From positions 40,362,001-40,426,000 of the forward strand of contig JAGIQG010000013.1 of assembly GCA_024679065.1 (NCBI GenBank): 64,000 bases of DNA. Reading direction: 5' to 3'. Positions 1 through 13,299 of the stretch are shown here, one piece after another. This DNA comes from Sphyrna mokarran (taxonomy: Eukaryota). The position numbers and the translations under genes are program-made. How positions within the stretch are numbered: position 1 is the first letter of the stretch; every line of letters starts with the position of its first letter. The notes below the pieces were generated by a model. That model did no database searches and was not told the origin of the DNA. It worked only from the letters and a program-made list of their open reading frames with translations.

Positions 1-1383
1 GAACAAAGTTCCGCCAGCAAGGAGACTTGCAGTGGGTATTTGGATCTGCTTTATGCGAAGCGTGTTTTTTTTCAAACCAAGTCCATAAGTAGCATTAAAG
101 CAGAGATTTGTACCTTACTCTGGTAGGTGCAAATTAGCGTGTTGGGTAGAAGCTCATCGCGGCAAGCTCAGATAAATGAAAGACAATTGTTGCGATGGTT
201 CTGCATTGACCATTTGTAACTACCCTTGCATTGTTCTCTACAATGCCGCAGTCAATGCAGGCCGGCTTTAGAATCATCCTTAAAGCAGGAGACAACAAAA
301 TATTTAACACTTCAGTATCTGATCTGTTTTTTATTGAAATGTAAAAAAGTTGCACCCTCTATCTCACCCACGAGCATTAGGTTGAAAACTACTCCCTGTT
401 GCAAAATTAGCTATGCATTTCGAAGTGATAACAGTAGCAGATTCGGGAACAACTCTGAAGACACAGAAAGTAAATAGAAAACAAACATCTAGAAGTTTGT
501 GGCACTTTGATTAAAAGATTTAAAGTTAACATACTAATTATGGAAATCTGGGAGTATATTGCATTGGATTTTGAGGGTGCAGTGATAACTGAACGTCGTA
601 GAAAGTCCAAAGAAAATATAATCATGCGCCTTGTTTAAAAGTATACATGAATTTAGATCTATGCATTCATAAAAGATAACTATTGCAAGCCATATGTTGA
701 ATATGTATACATCTTTAGAATCTTAATTTTAACGCGTTTGGGTGCCTATATGTAAAATGTTAAATTGCTTAAATATTGATTTCCGCGTATAAGCATCCGT
801 ATTTGAACGGAAAAGGATTTTGGTATGAATTATTTCACCACAATATACTCCCCTTGCACTCCAGGCACTAGTAAATTGTAAGAAGTCTAAATAGAAATTG
901 CTATCAAATGTTGCCATGGGGGCGGGTATTTGCACAACAGTACTGCGTCATGTGCAGGCACGTGTTCCTAGGATATCTCAAATAGTTCAATTGTGGTCAC
1001 GTTGAATTTGAAATCAGATTAGATTAACAGGCGACCACAAGGCAGCAGGGGGACTTGTGAATCTGAACCTAGGTCCGCATTGTCCCGAATTATTTCATCC
1101 ACGTTTTGTTGACGCTAAGTAAATGGAGTAATTCAAAATGTCAGTAATGCGCAGCCATTCAATTACCATTTGTTAAAAGGTACATTATTGAAACGTCACG
1201 TGTGTAACGTTTAATCAGTCCTCATGTGACACACGGGTTATCACAATGTTCTTTCACTTTTTAAAATGTCAGGTTGTTTTTCTTATTTTGGACTCTGTGT
1301 CAAAAAAAACTTATGTTATCTGATCAGTGGTTGTAACTTGATTAACTTGGACACTGCCTAATGTCTTGCGCTGCCCAATTCAG

Positions 1384-1480
1384 AGAAATTTATGCATTTA
1401 TATAGCGCCTTTCACGACCACCCTGTGTCCAAAGCTCCACTATCAATGTGGCACTTTAGAACAGTTTTGAGGTAGGCATT
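1384..1480 (-). mobile_element. DeuSINE/L2-tail-like fragment
   Basis: tgcatttatatagcgcctttcacgacc...tccaaagc resembles the antisense 3' tail of Deu-type SINEs. Confidence 0.45.
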
Positions 1481-4400
1481 CACATTGCAATTTTAACAGT
1501 CTCTGCTGCTTTATATGTGTCAAAGCAGAATTATACTTCATAAGTATGGCTGCGCAGTTTTCGGTAATGGTTCATCACCAGGTATACGACATGTCTAAGC
1601 AAAACCTAAAGGCATATCAGAGTTTAAAAAACATTTGGGGACAAGTCTGATTTCCTCAGTACGGTAAACACGTTCTGGTTGCTAGTATTATACCCGGTGC
1701 CCTTCAATATTTCTTTATCTTAGATCACGTACAGACAAGTTATGCAAACATATAACGGCTTCAGAATTTGTTGAACTCATCCACTTGCATTAACAATCTG
1801 GATAGAGAGTGAGGTGAGTAAGCGCAACCTTGTTTTCGTGATTGCCCTCCCACAATCGCCGCCTTCTCCGTGATACGACTGCGTTTACCTTTAAAACCGG
1901 CAGCAGCTCGCTAATGTGGCCTCTTGCGAGGCCTTCTGAAAAGCACGAAACCATTTAATTACGGGATGGGCTTGGTTACCTATTTACTAGGCAAGGCCTT
2001 TGCTTCGGTCGCCCCTTCCCCTTCACCCGCCAGGATGCGCCGCAAGCACACTAGGCACCGATTTCACAATCGACACATCCTGTTCAAATATCCAGCATCC
2101 CCTCCCAACCGTGTTTACAATAAACGAAAAGGTTATTACGCCCAAAGAAAACGCGTGGAATGAGGCAGGCAGTAAGTGGGCGAGATCAGATTTCAGGCTG
2201 TGCTCCCAGAGGAGAAGTCAGGGTTTGATTGAAGCGCACTCCGCTCCTGCCTCCCCTGGGAGACTAGCCCTGAAACCTGAGAGCGCGAGCAGTTTAAAAT
2301 AAAACCTTTGTGAAAAAAGGGCCGAGAAGGCACGGATCGCTGAGCTCTTTGGAGGATACGAACTGCCTGTGCCTCCGCAGTGAATATCGAGTTGTGTTCT
2401 AACGGTGATTGACTGAAATAGCCACGTAATGCAGACGACCGTTCATAACATTTACTATGATAATAACTCAGCAAATTACAAACAGTGTACGAGAAAGGCG
2501 GTTTAACTCTGTGAGCTAAATGGCATTAAGTCCAGGCATTGAAGTTGGCTAACCAGTATCCTTTGTCATTATACAATTCAAAAAAAAGTACAGTTTTAAA
2601 AGATAACGCCAAATGTACTTTTAAGTTGCAACGATTTCCTATTGCGCCGCACTAGGTCAGTACCGTACAGTTTACTGCAATATTGCAGTACTATGTATGA
2701 ATTGGAAAAGTTTTGGAAAATAGAATGAAGGATGGCAATCTTGGTAAAACTGGATTTGGTACGCAGCGCCTTTATGTTAAAATGCAATCCAAATTGTTTC
2801 CAAAATGCATCCAAAAACGTGCATGGAATAAATTATTTAGTTCCTTTGAACCACGGTATTGGAACCATTTCGTGAACATAGTAGGGAAGGAAAACGGACC
2901 ACGGTGGTCAAGGGAATACTTTCGTCTTGCCCGGCTCTGTATTCTCAACAGATGCTTTATATAAAGTGGAAGATTAGGATGAGTTTGCAAGAGGGACGTA
3001 AGTCACGTGAGGCAAGTGGAAGAACGTTCTTGTTTATATAAAAAGATAGGCTCATTGACGCAATCCCAGCGCATTAGATGTAGTGGACTTGTGAACTCAG
3101 ACTGGACACATTCTTTCTTATGCCATTATCATCCCCATATTCTACAAACACAACGTGTTGTTTTGTGGTCACACAAGCTTTAGAATGCTCGATTGTAATC
3201 AAATTCACTTAGAAAGCGAGATTTTTTAAAAAAACTCATTAAATTATGTTTTTTTGCAGTGTGTGCGATCAAAACTTTAGAGAAGTATTTTAGAACATGT
3301 TTTCTATTAGAAAACGGGATGAATGAATTAACAATTGAATTAGACACTAATAACCAGTTTATAGATGTAAAAAAAAACATACCTAAGGGATAAAGTAGCA
3401 ATGGTGTCGGTGTTGCTTTGTACTGTGAACGAGGAAACCAGTGCATTGATAATGACACAACAATGCAGAATGTGGTTGCGAATACATTGTTTTATTGCTT
3501 AAGAGTTTTTTTAAATTCGCTCATTGCATGACACGCAGTAAGTTGAAGGAACGGGGACTTGGAGCATTTGAAATACAATGGGCCTGTTTATGCGCAAAAA
3601 TTACACTGCAACTTTATTTATGTAGTCTTTGGGCGGTACAAAAAATCTCCACCAATACAGTTGTAAAGAGCCATCCTAATTTGTTGCAATTGGTTCGTTA
3701 GTTACGTTTGGGGTGAAAAACACTGCGAGGAAATCTGGGCCCCTGTTTACTGTAGTCCTGGGCCTGTTGTGATGTGTTTGCTCAAATACATATAATGGGG
3801 TGATACCGTGATTAGAGAACGCAGCTGCCGCTGTAGACTCTAAAGCAATAAGAACAGACAATGATGTTGTTGTTGGGCGGGTTCGTGGTCTTCAAATGGG
3901 AGAATGTGTAGTCTGTTTTTTTTTACAGCGGTGATCCTGGGAGACCAGTGGAAATAATCTGACATCTGTTCGAGGATAGCGCCTTTAATGCCAGCTCCCG
4001 CTCGCTTTTTTTAAAAAAAGAGATAACAGCCCTTTGCTGGTATGATTGTTTTATATATATTATATAAAATAGCCCTCAATGATCTTTGAACAACAGTTTT
4101 CGAACAGGGGTTAACCCTTGAGAGTCATCCTTCTTATCAAAAGCTACGTCTTCCCTTCAGCCAATAATCGAGAGGCTGAATAGATCGGTGTTTTTTTTAA
4201 AAATGTTATTCCGGAAAAATCCTGAAGCAGTCAATTTTGTTTGTTAGAATGTAAATATTATGTGTCTTGTTACTTTGGGAAGCCGAAAAAGAAGTACAGT
4301 TCTCAAGAGATAAAAAGAATCAATGAAAAACACTACTTTGAAAACCTAAAGCAGACATGCACTAATTCATTGGACCTACCAATCGAAGGGTTAGATCAAA

Positions 4401-4834
4401 GAAGTGCCTAATATTCACCTTCTTTGTAATCCATGATGTTAAAAAAAGCAGGAAATTATGGTCTATCGACCACAATGTCTCAATTTCAATTACGGGGATG
4501 TGAGGGTGTGCGATGTGAGTACACAGCAGCGCAGAAGACGGGTTATTCAATCTCACTTCTTGTCCGGAATCCTGGGTTTCTATACAAAATAATCCAAACA
4601 TTAAACAAAGCAGATAAATACCCTTGATAGTTATTTTGTGCTTTTTCAAAATTAATCGTGTGCAGTTTAGTTCTGACAGCCAGTATCCATTGCTTGTGTC
4701 AGAAGTCCAAACTTGCACTCCAGTGGTGCAGTTTGGGGTACAGCGTGACATAACACTACATTCTTCTGGGGCACTTTTCTCTCGGAGGGAGGGGGAAGGA
4801 AAAAGTGGCCATTAAAATCCTGAAGGGATTTGAC

Positions 4835-5095
4835 GGAGAAGCCAGTTTTTCCTTGTGGAGAAGACCAAAAGTAGAGGCCATAAATATAAATTAGTCATTA
4901 ATCTGAGACAACTTCTGGCGAGTGGTGAGAATGTGGAACTACCCATTACATGAAATGGTTGACGCGAGTGGCATGGATATATTGATAGGGAATCTAGGTG
5001 CGTACACGATGAGGGAGAAAGGAATACGAGTTGATATGGTGGGAGGCGCCTCATGTGGAGCGCAATAGTATTTTTAAACCTGTTGAACCCAAAAG
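4835..5095 (+). mobile_element. CR1 LINE 3' end
   Basis: agaggccataaatataaattagtc...gagtggtgagaatgtggaact...gagggagaaaggaata...ctcatgtggagc; similar to 19700-19900. Confidence 0.6.
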
Positions 5096-5401
5096 TCTGG
5101 TTGTAAGTTATAAATTCCTATTTACGCTCCCTGGCTGCAACGACAAGTCACTTATCCAGGATAGGGCTCTGCATATCGGTGCATTTTGCTGACTTATAAA
5201 TCGGGTTGACAATGCAGTAATACAATCTGCTGTCTCAACCCCAAAAGAGTGACCCTCTTCCTCTCAGTTTCCCTCCAGAGCTGGATAAGGTCCATACCGG
5301 TGATCAAGACTGCAGCTTTCAAACACTCATTGAACACACATGACTTTAATCGCCGCGTTTTTAAAAAGAGCAACCCAAAATCTGCTCATAAGGACGTCAT
5401 C

Positions 5402-5668
5402 GGTACGGTGGCACAGCGGTTAGCACTGTTGCCTCACAGCGCTAGGAACCCGGGTTCGATTCCCAGTTTGGGTCACGTTCTCGTCGTGTCTATGTGGGTT
5501 TCCTCTCACAGTGCGAAAGATATGCTGGTTAGGTGGCCATGATAAATTGCCGTTTAGTGTCAGAGGGACTAACTGGGGTTCTGGGGCTAGGATCTGGTTG
5601 GGTGGGATTGTGGTCGTTGCAAGCTTGATGGGTCGCTTGGCTTCCTTCTGCACTGTAAGATTCGATGA
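5402..5668 (+). mobile_element. HE1-like tRNA-derived SINE (V-SINE type)
   Basis: A box TGGCACAGCGG, B box GGTTCGATTCC (5453-5463), central gtgggtttcctc...ggccatgataaattgcc and CR1-like tail ccttctgcactgtaagattc. Similar to four other copies in this window. Confidence 0.85.
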
Positions 5669-6099
5669 TGTGCGCTATTTTAATACTAATGAGAATAATG
5701 TCTGCGGGTTTCATTAATCCATTGTCTTCCAAGTTGCGACAAGCAGAGCGAAGCTAGCACACATTTCAGAAAGACAAATTTACTTAGGGACATTACGTTG
5801 ATCAAACTAATGTTTTACATATACATATATATGATCCAGCTTGTAAGAACTGACATGTCCATGGCCTAGATGTTGCTGGCTACTCATTGTGAACCCTCTC
5901 GGCGAAAAAGATTAACAGTCAGAATTAGAAACGATGTTTGACTCGAGGGGAAACTCGGGGGAGGGTAAGGTGGTTATGGAGAAACCAAGTGTGGGTAATC
6001 ACCTTATGGCATATGGATTGGTTTTTCGCAGTTTTGTTCCAGAATTTAGTTGAAATCAATGAACTTTGAGCATGGAGTGCTGGGAGAGAAGTTGCTCCT

Positions 6100-8450
6100 T
6101 TTAACTGATTCGCACGATACTATAATGAGGCAAGATATTGCAGTGTGCTGCGGGTGGTGGTGGGAATTTTTTTCTAAGACTTTATAACGTGGACAGCTGA
6201 TGCCTGGTAGTTTTTAAAACATATTCTGAATGTGAGGAAGGGCCCCGTGAATTTGGTGTGGAGCTGGGCTACTTGAATCTGGGTCATTTCTTTCAATTCC
6301 CATACCATTTCCGCCGAGCCAGTTCTGTTAAACTTAAAAACCAAGCTGGTGTTGCTAACCTCGATGCAACTGTACTTCTGATCGCAAGCGGGGGCCGGTT
6401 CCGCTAACTCTGACCAGACTGCAATTTCTGCCAGTTCTGATAAGGCAACCGTTTCTCCCGATTGGTGTCGGAAAGCTGGCGATTCTGCTAACCCTTTCAA
6501 AGAGGAAGGAGAGAGAAAAAAAGAAGCGATTCTGCTGAGTCTGACCAGCCTGCTGTTTCTGCTGAAGCTAATGGGGAGGCAGTGGGAGGAATCACAGCTC
6601 TGCCAACAGTCACTGAGGTTTAATGGGCGGGGGAGATAAATAAAACACAATCTCGGCTTCGAGCTTTGGCTGTTACATGTTGGTGGAGGCGAATTCATCT
6701 CCTTTGGAAACTACAGCCCGTCCCAACAAAAATCTGATATGCAATTGAACTGACCCCTTCCATCTCCTCCCCCCTCCTCCAGTTCATTAAAGCACACATT
6801 CTCCACCTAAACAATCTGTTGGCCACATTGTACTCTCTGCATTTATGTTTGCCTCAGATTAGCTGGGAGAAAGCAGCGGGACATTTAAAGCAATCCCACC
6901 TAAAGGTCTTTGCTTTTATGAGGGAGGATTGCTCGATATTCCTGGCTGGGTCCTGCAGACTACTCTCGGGTTTCCCCCCGGGGATTTGCGCTAATCGATC
7001 CTGCCGACTAAGCTGTTGCTCCGTCAAAGGGGAATACAGCGAGTTGCCTGCCTTCCACAATTATGCAGAAATCAACCATCCGCGATCAATATCTCCTAAC
7101 GTCCCTTCGAATTTATCTTTGTTTTCGGGCGCTCTTGACGGGCAGCTCTGCTTTTCGGGCCAACCAGCTTTTCTTTGTAAATCTGATTATCCTGTTTAAA
7201 AGGGGCATGCAACACATTCAGGGGAAGCGAGGGAATCGCGATTGTGCTGTTTAAAGAGAGAGAGAGGCAAGGGAGCGGAGCGCAGCCAGAAAATGAACTC
7301 TGTCCCCACGGAGCTGAGCTTCGTTGTGTCTGGCGAGCAGGAGCTGCGTCTAAAATGGCGCGGGAGAGTGTGTGTGGAATGGAGAGAAAGTCCTGTCGTT
7401 AAACTTAATCCCATCTCAGGGCAGCCTGAGACTGGCTGCTAATGAAATATTTAGGAGAGAGCGCTGCAAATCCATCAATAAGCACAGCACTGGCGGGGGT
7501 CTACCTGCTTTATTGATTACAATGGGAGAGCTGGGCCGGGGACACACACACACACCCTCTCTCTCTCTCTCTCGCTGGCGGGGGCTGTGTGCAATGTAAA
7601 CTCGGTGTGCAACATTCTGCAGCTCCAACAGCGCCCGCCCGTTTGGACTTTCCCGTTCCGCTTCTCCGTGATGTTAAAGAACCCAAGAGGCAAAGGCAGC
7701 TAATGATCTATTTAAAGAAGAAAAAAAACAAACGCTGCTTTGTACCATCCGCCTGAGCAAAGCCTTCTTGTGCAACTCCGTACAACTGCAACTTTTTTTT
7801 TGCTTCGCCTAGTGGCCCGCGGAAATATCTAGCCTCCTCTCTCTGAAATTGGAAATATGGACTTCTATAAATAAGAGTCTGGCTAACTAAGGGTTGCCGC
7901 CATTTTAAACGGGCTAGAATCGGCAGTTTTGCACCAGTCAATTTTTCACTCACTGACTGTGTGAAACTTAGAGAGGAGGCTGTTAATGAGGAGAATGCTT
8001 TTTCTTTCTCCAGCGAGTTTTATCTGATTAGGAGCAAAGGATTTTCATTCAGTGGATCGGTCAGATCCTGAGAGTGGAATTTGCAGTGGAGTGTCCCCCT
8101 TTTTTTATTATTCGAAACCGGCAATTTGATCCCGCTGGCAGATTAGAACAAAGGTTACATGTGTTTATGGACCAGCCCTCAAGGTCATTCCTCAGTGGGC
8201 AGCACGTGATGTGTCCGGGTAGACTTCTCCTTCTCGAGGTTATGTATCGCTTTCAGCTGTCAAATAGCCCAGAATAAGTTGCCATGTATGATAATGATCA
8301 GGGTGGATCGGCCCCAAATTCTAGCAGTTTGCCCACAATGTGTTCATTCACACACAAACGGTCGGGAAACAATTCGTGCAGGGTAACGCGCGGTGCTGCT
8401 CCGCATAGAGATAGAATATCCAGGATTTGGTGTTGGTGCTCTTAATGGCA
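6100..8450 (+). promoter_or_regulatory. CpG-rich promoter-like region, candidate BCOR promoter or non-coding first exon
   Basis: High CpG/GC relative to the introns and no transposon fragments seen. GC boxes (gggcgggg near 6626), YY1-type motifs AAAATGGCG (7352-7360) and GCCGCCATTTT (7896-7906), and TATAAATA (7866-7873). The TSS cannot be placed from sequence alone. Confidence 0.6.
7542..7573. repeat. Compound (AC)n(CT)n microsatellite in the promoter-like region
   Basis: acacacacacacaccctctctctctctctctc. Confidence 0.85.
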
Positions 8451-9113
8451 TGGTGATTTTAAAAGATGCGCACATTGACATTATTTACAAATGCTCTCCC
8501 GAAATGGCATCATCTTTTCTTCGCCACTAGTGTAATATGTGCAGCTTGGTCCCAGGGGAAAGTTCAGAGTAAGGTGCTGTATGTATTAATTCTCTTTTTT
8601 TTGAATGGACGCTGGGGATGTTGGGGGTGGGGGGAGACTCATGCTAAGCGTAACAAAAGATACAGTGCCATCTTTTTAAAAGTATCTGCCTATGGTGTTA
8701 GTTTTAGTTATGAATGATGATGATTTTCCCTGTGTGTGTTTGTTGTATTTCACATCGTCCTCCTGGTAAAGCCGTTTGAAAATAATGCTCCATTCTAAAC
8801 AATGTGGTTAATTTGAAACTAAAAGTATGTCAAAATAATAGTTTCTGTTCTCAGCGGGGAAATTGTACCAAATCTTTTCCAAAACTGGGAGGGGGAGGCC
8901 TTTATTAATAATTCGGGGAGGGAGGACAGGCTTTTTGTGAACACTATCCGCCTCCTTATGTAGCCATGTGACAATTTGCAGAATTCACAACAAATTAAAA
9001 GATATCAGCCAGAAAGTAAAATAGTTCTGTGATCCCACCAATAAAACAAATCAGACCTTTCAAAATTTGATTATTTGTTCACTATCTACCAATTAGAAAG
9101 TGGAATAATCTCC

Positions 9114-9266
9114 ATTGATTTGATTTATTATTGTCCTATGTTTTGTGTGCACTATGCAGATAAGGCATACCGTACATAGGGAAGGAAAGGAAAGGAGAGA
9201 ATGCAGAATGTAGTCTTACAGTCATAGGGTGTAGAGAAAGATCAACTTCATGTGAGGTAGGTCCAA
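9114..9266 (-). mobile_element. Rex1-like LINE 3' UTR fragment
   Basis: ttgatttgatttattattgtc...ggaaaggagagaatgcagaatgtag...gtgtagagaaagatcaactt; homologous to 41359-41520. Confidence 0.7.
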
Positions 9267-10534
9267 CTGCAGATATCACACTTTCAAGTGCCATTGCTGC
9301 ATGTACTTGATGTCGGTTAAAAAATAACACGTGCACAAAGTGCCATCAGTGAAACCGATGATAATGCGTGCACAAGCTACAGGCTGATGTCTGCTAGATA
9401 TGAAATTGATATATCACTGTTTCCATTAAAAATATGGTTCATAACGAAACTGCAGTTTCAACGATGCAAGGAATAAATGTAGAACTCCATGTTGTGATAT
9501 CTTGGGAAATAAAAAATAGCTGAATAAATGATGTTCGCCCAGCAACTGGTAAAATAATCTGTACTTTGACCTTTTTCACCCAGCAGCTGTAGAAAGACAA
9601 AACACTTGATTATTTGCCAAGGAGCAATGTGAATAAGGCCCTGTGCCTCTCTTATTTACCATGGGGGTTATGATGTAAACAGCCATTCCCAGTTGTGCCC
9701 TAAATCAGCCTAACACTGGAATTCAATGTTGCCTGCCGTAATCCTATAATATACTAGTCCCAATTATCTATTTGTCCATTTTTGAATTTAGTCTTGTCAA
9801 TTTATAATCAAACCATTGTACATAACATGAGATTCAATTCACCAGTGATCCTCATGCAAACTAGCATAGACTAGATAGAAACTAATACATAGCTGCTGCA
9901 TCAGGCTAGCATTAATTTATATTGGGATTGTCATTAAATATAATCCTGTTATTTACAGTAGTTTGGATTATTTTTAATTGTCATATATCCACAGTACTCA
10001 GACTAAGTCAACTAGCCACTTTGTAAGGCTCACTGGTAAAGATAGCATGTACACCATACCTTTTTTAATATTATGCACTACAAATATTTCTCAATCTGTG
10101 GTTAGCATGTGACAATTGCATGTGCAGTTAATTTTGGCATTATACCTAAATTTGTTCCAAAAGTACAAGCAATGGTTTTGAACCTTAGTAATGTCAGTTA
10201 CATGCATACTACACCTGGCAGAATCAATTTTGTGTCAAGTACTGTATGAAGATAAAACCAACAACAGTACCTAACCTACCAGTGCTCGATGTTGACATTT
10301 GGTGCTGAAATTAGAAAAAGTGCCTTTCAGTTCCATTCTTAATGGCTGGTATCTATCACTTAAGTTAGAGAGAATTCATCATTCTTTCCCTTTCCTGCTC
10401 TCCTCAGCACTCCCTTTCCCAACCCCTAAATAATCCTTCTTGAATCACTGGATTATAAAATCTTAATTTTCGCCACCCAATGAATTCATAGGGAAAATAT
10501 AACCATCAAAAATATTGTACTTTAAAATTGCTCA

Positions 10535-11015
10535 TAGGGTGTGGATATCACTGGTAGGGCTAGCATATATTGCTGATCCCATTGAGAAGGTGGTGGTAAT
10601 TTGATTTATTCTTATAACATGTATTGGTATAAGGTGAAATGTATTATTTCTTGCATACTACACAGACAAAGCACACCATTCATAAAGTACATAGGGGAGA
10701 AGAAAAGGAGAGGGTGCAGAGTGTGAGCTACCTTGAATACAACTGAGTGGCTTGCTAGGCCATTTCAGAGGGTAATGAAGAGTCAATCACATTACTGTGG
10801 CTGTGGAGTCACATACCAGCCAGACCAGATTTCCTTTCCTAAAGGACGTTAGTGAACTGGGTGTTTACCATAATCTGTTAATTTTATGGTCGCTGTCTAT
10901 TTTATTCCATATTTTATTTAATTAATTGAATTTAAATTCTACATCCGCTTTGTCAGTGATGGAATTGAACTCCACCACTGTGGATAGTTAGTTTACTAGT
11001 CCAGTAATGTAATTA
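10535..11015 (-). mobile_element. Second tRNA-headed SINE family with LINE-derived tail, interrupted by a Rex1-like fragment
   Basis: caactgagtggcttgctaggccatttcagaggg...ggagtcacat...tttcctaaaggacgttagtgaac...ttactagtccagtaat. Homologous copies at about 24980, 26478 and 48280. Confidence 0.7.
10598..10722 (-). mobile_element. Rex1-like LINE 3' tip nested in a SINE
   Basis: tttgatttatt...cagacaaagcacaccattcata...aggagagggtgcaga; homologous to the copies at 9114 and 41359. Confidence 0.7.
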
Positions 11016-13299
11016 CAATCCTTCCATACCTACCCTTTTCCTGTAAATAGAAGCCCTAAGGCTCAAACTGATTCATGTTCTGATTCCACGCGATTTACAG
11101 GTTATCAGTTAGGAGTGGTGAGTGAAAGCTAGCACAAAAACATATGGTGGTTGGGTCCTAGAAAATATTTTTTTTAAAAACTGCTATCGCTGATGACAAT
11201 GGTTAGTGCTAATTAGTGCTGTGCAGTTAATTGGTATCTGGACAATGTGTAGTGTTGGCAGATCATATCTTGGCTGACATCCATGCTAAAGTGTTTATAA
11301 CTTCGTAATAATTTGTCACGTTTACACACTTTTCTTATGCACTCTTTTCAATGCTTTTCTAACTTTGCTTGTTCAAGAAAATGTTAGTCTGTGCTTGGCT
11401 TCTTTGTATAAATTAATGTGCAATGTTTTTAGTTTAGTTTATATTTTCGTTTTGTCTCAAGTTAAACTGTGCTTGTCATATTTAGCTCTGTATGTCATTT
11501 TCCTGTTCCACATACGCGCTGACTAAATAGAGGAAGAATGTTTCAATCGTGGGCAAATGTACTCAGAAGGCCAAATGTGTGGTGCCTTGATGCGGAAGTC
11601 GTTAGCATTGTTTCCTGCTTCAAAATAATCACAAGCCGATAGATCAAAATTAGACCGGAGCTGTTATACAGTTATTGAGTGCAGTTACACTAGAACGTTA
11701 GCATTTATTCACATGAGTTTCTGGTTAGCACGAGTACTAACGTAAATCGGTAACCGTGCCCTGACCTAAGTTGTTGAGATTTCCTGGAATGTAGATTCAG
11801 CGTGGTGTCAAGTCCAGATGTCAAAAGTATCCTCGGTAATCTTACATCTCCTGGATACTTGAAGCTTGTCTGCAATTAATTTGAAACGTTTAGACAATGC
11901 AGATGCAGCTGGCCACATGCTTAAAGTTTAACTGCTCGCCGAAGATCCATGTAAATACACAACACGGAGCTCGGTATGAAGGAGCAGAATTTAGCGTCCA
12001 GCCAGGCAGTGTAAACTAGCCATTGCCTGAGTGAAAACTGGGCTGCATTCAGATGTAAATAAAGGCTGCGCGGTAGAGGTCTTCGTGCACTTTAGCATGG
12101 ATAGGGGTCCACTGGCCAGTTACAGAATTAAACCATCGTTCCTCACCCCGATGCAATCTCAAAATCCTCATGCTTTGCCTTGGATTTGGTTTGTGGCTGA
12201 AGTCTTCAGGTTCATTTACACGGCAAGTCTAACGTCGGTCTGAAGCAACAGGGTATTGTCTCACGCTGATTCGGTTTGTCACTGCACGGATTGCAGGTTC
12301 ACCCTGGTGTCAAACCTGAAATGCGAAGTTTGTAAACCCACCCGACCCAAATTTAAATGTTTACAGCAGGGAAGGAAATTGTCACCTTCCTGCTCTTTTA
12401 ACATGATCATTTCTTTTGCCTGTTGGAATGTTGTTCTGTCAGTGTTTGTATTCAAGGATGGCCCCAGAGCTCTCTTCCTAACATGACGGTTAGACTTCCA
12501 GCTAGGCAAGAACCAAAACATTGTCACCTGAGCTTTCCTGACTGGAAGCACTGATAGCTGTATTTCAAGTCCCAACGAGGCAGGGCCCAGAGTAGGGGCT
12601 TCAGTGTAAATACACCTTTATTCTCAAATGGCGTAAAACTGGACTATTGTCATACAGCCGGTCACTGATCTCTTAACTAAAACACACCAGTTGGCAGATT
12701 AATAAAACATGGCATAACACCATAGGTTCCGGTTTCATCTTAAAATATTCGTCTGTGTATAAATACATACCTACATCCATCCGTGCATCTGCTTATACCA
12801 TAGACACGGAGAGATCACTGGTTTATTTACAAAACTGACTCTCCAGCTGGTGTCACTTACAAGTTGTGTCACGAGATCAGACACAAAACAGTCCCTATGT
12901 TGTATGCTTATTTCGGATTTTTATATAAAAATGCAAAGTAAGGGTATATTTGTGTATATAATAGGTATGCAGGAATCCATAACTTGGCGGAAGTAGCACA
13001 CAGAAACAAAATACTGTCAACTCCTGGGATATTGGTCTTGTAACTTCCATCCTCCTCCGGCATTCATGAGTTTATTAGGCCCAGACATGACTCGGCGCTT
13101 TGTGTATAAAAGGGAAAACCTCCAGGGAGAGAGGAGTACAGGTGATCTTTAAAGAGTGCGAAAAGATCTCCCTAATCACTATTCCCTGTCGAGTTGATTC
13201 TTCTTCGTATATCTTCATTTTGATAATATTGACAAACAGTGCGTTATTTCAGCTTCGCAACTGAATTGTGATTCGGAGTGGTTATCCATCTGAAGCATT

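Noticed and set aside
2673-2690. Perfect 18-bp palindrome TACTGCAATATTGCAGTA
   Set aside because: One palindrome of this length is not unexpected by chance in 64 kb of AT-rich DNA, and there is no other support.
5402-5470. tRNA gene suggested by A and B boxes
   Set aside because: It continues into SINE core and LINE-like tail sequence, so it is a SINE head and not a tRNA gene.
6174-6698. 174-aa minus-strand ORF with repeated SELAE-like peptides
   Set aside because: No recognisable protein family. The peptide repeats are a by-product of the DNA motif array in GC-rich promoter-like sequence.
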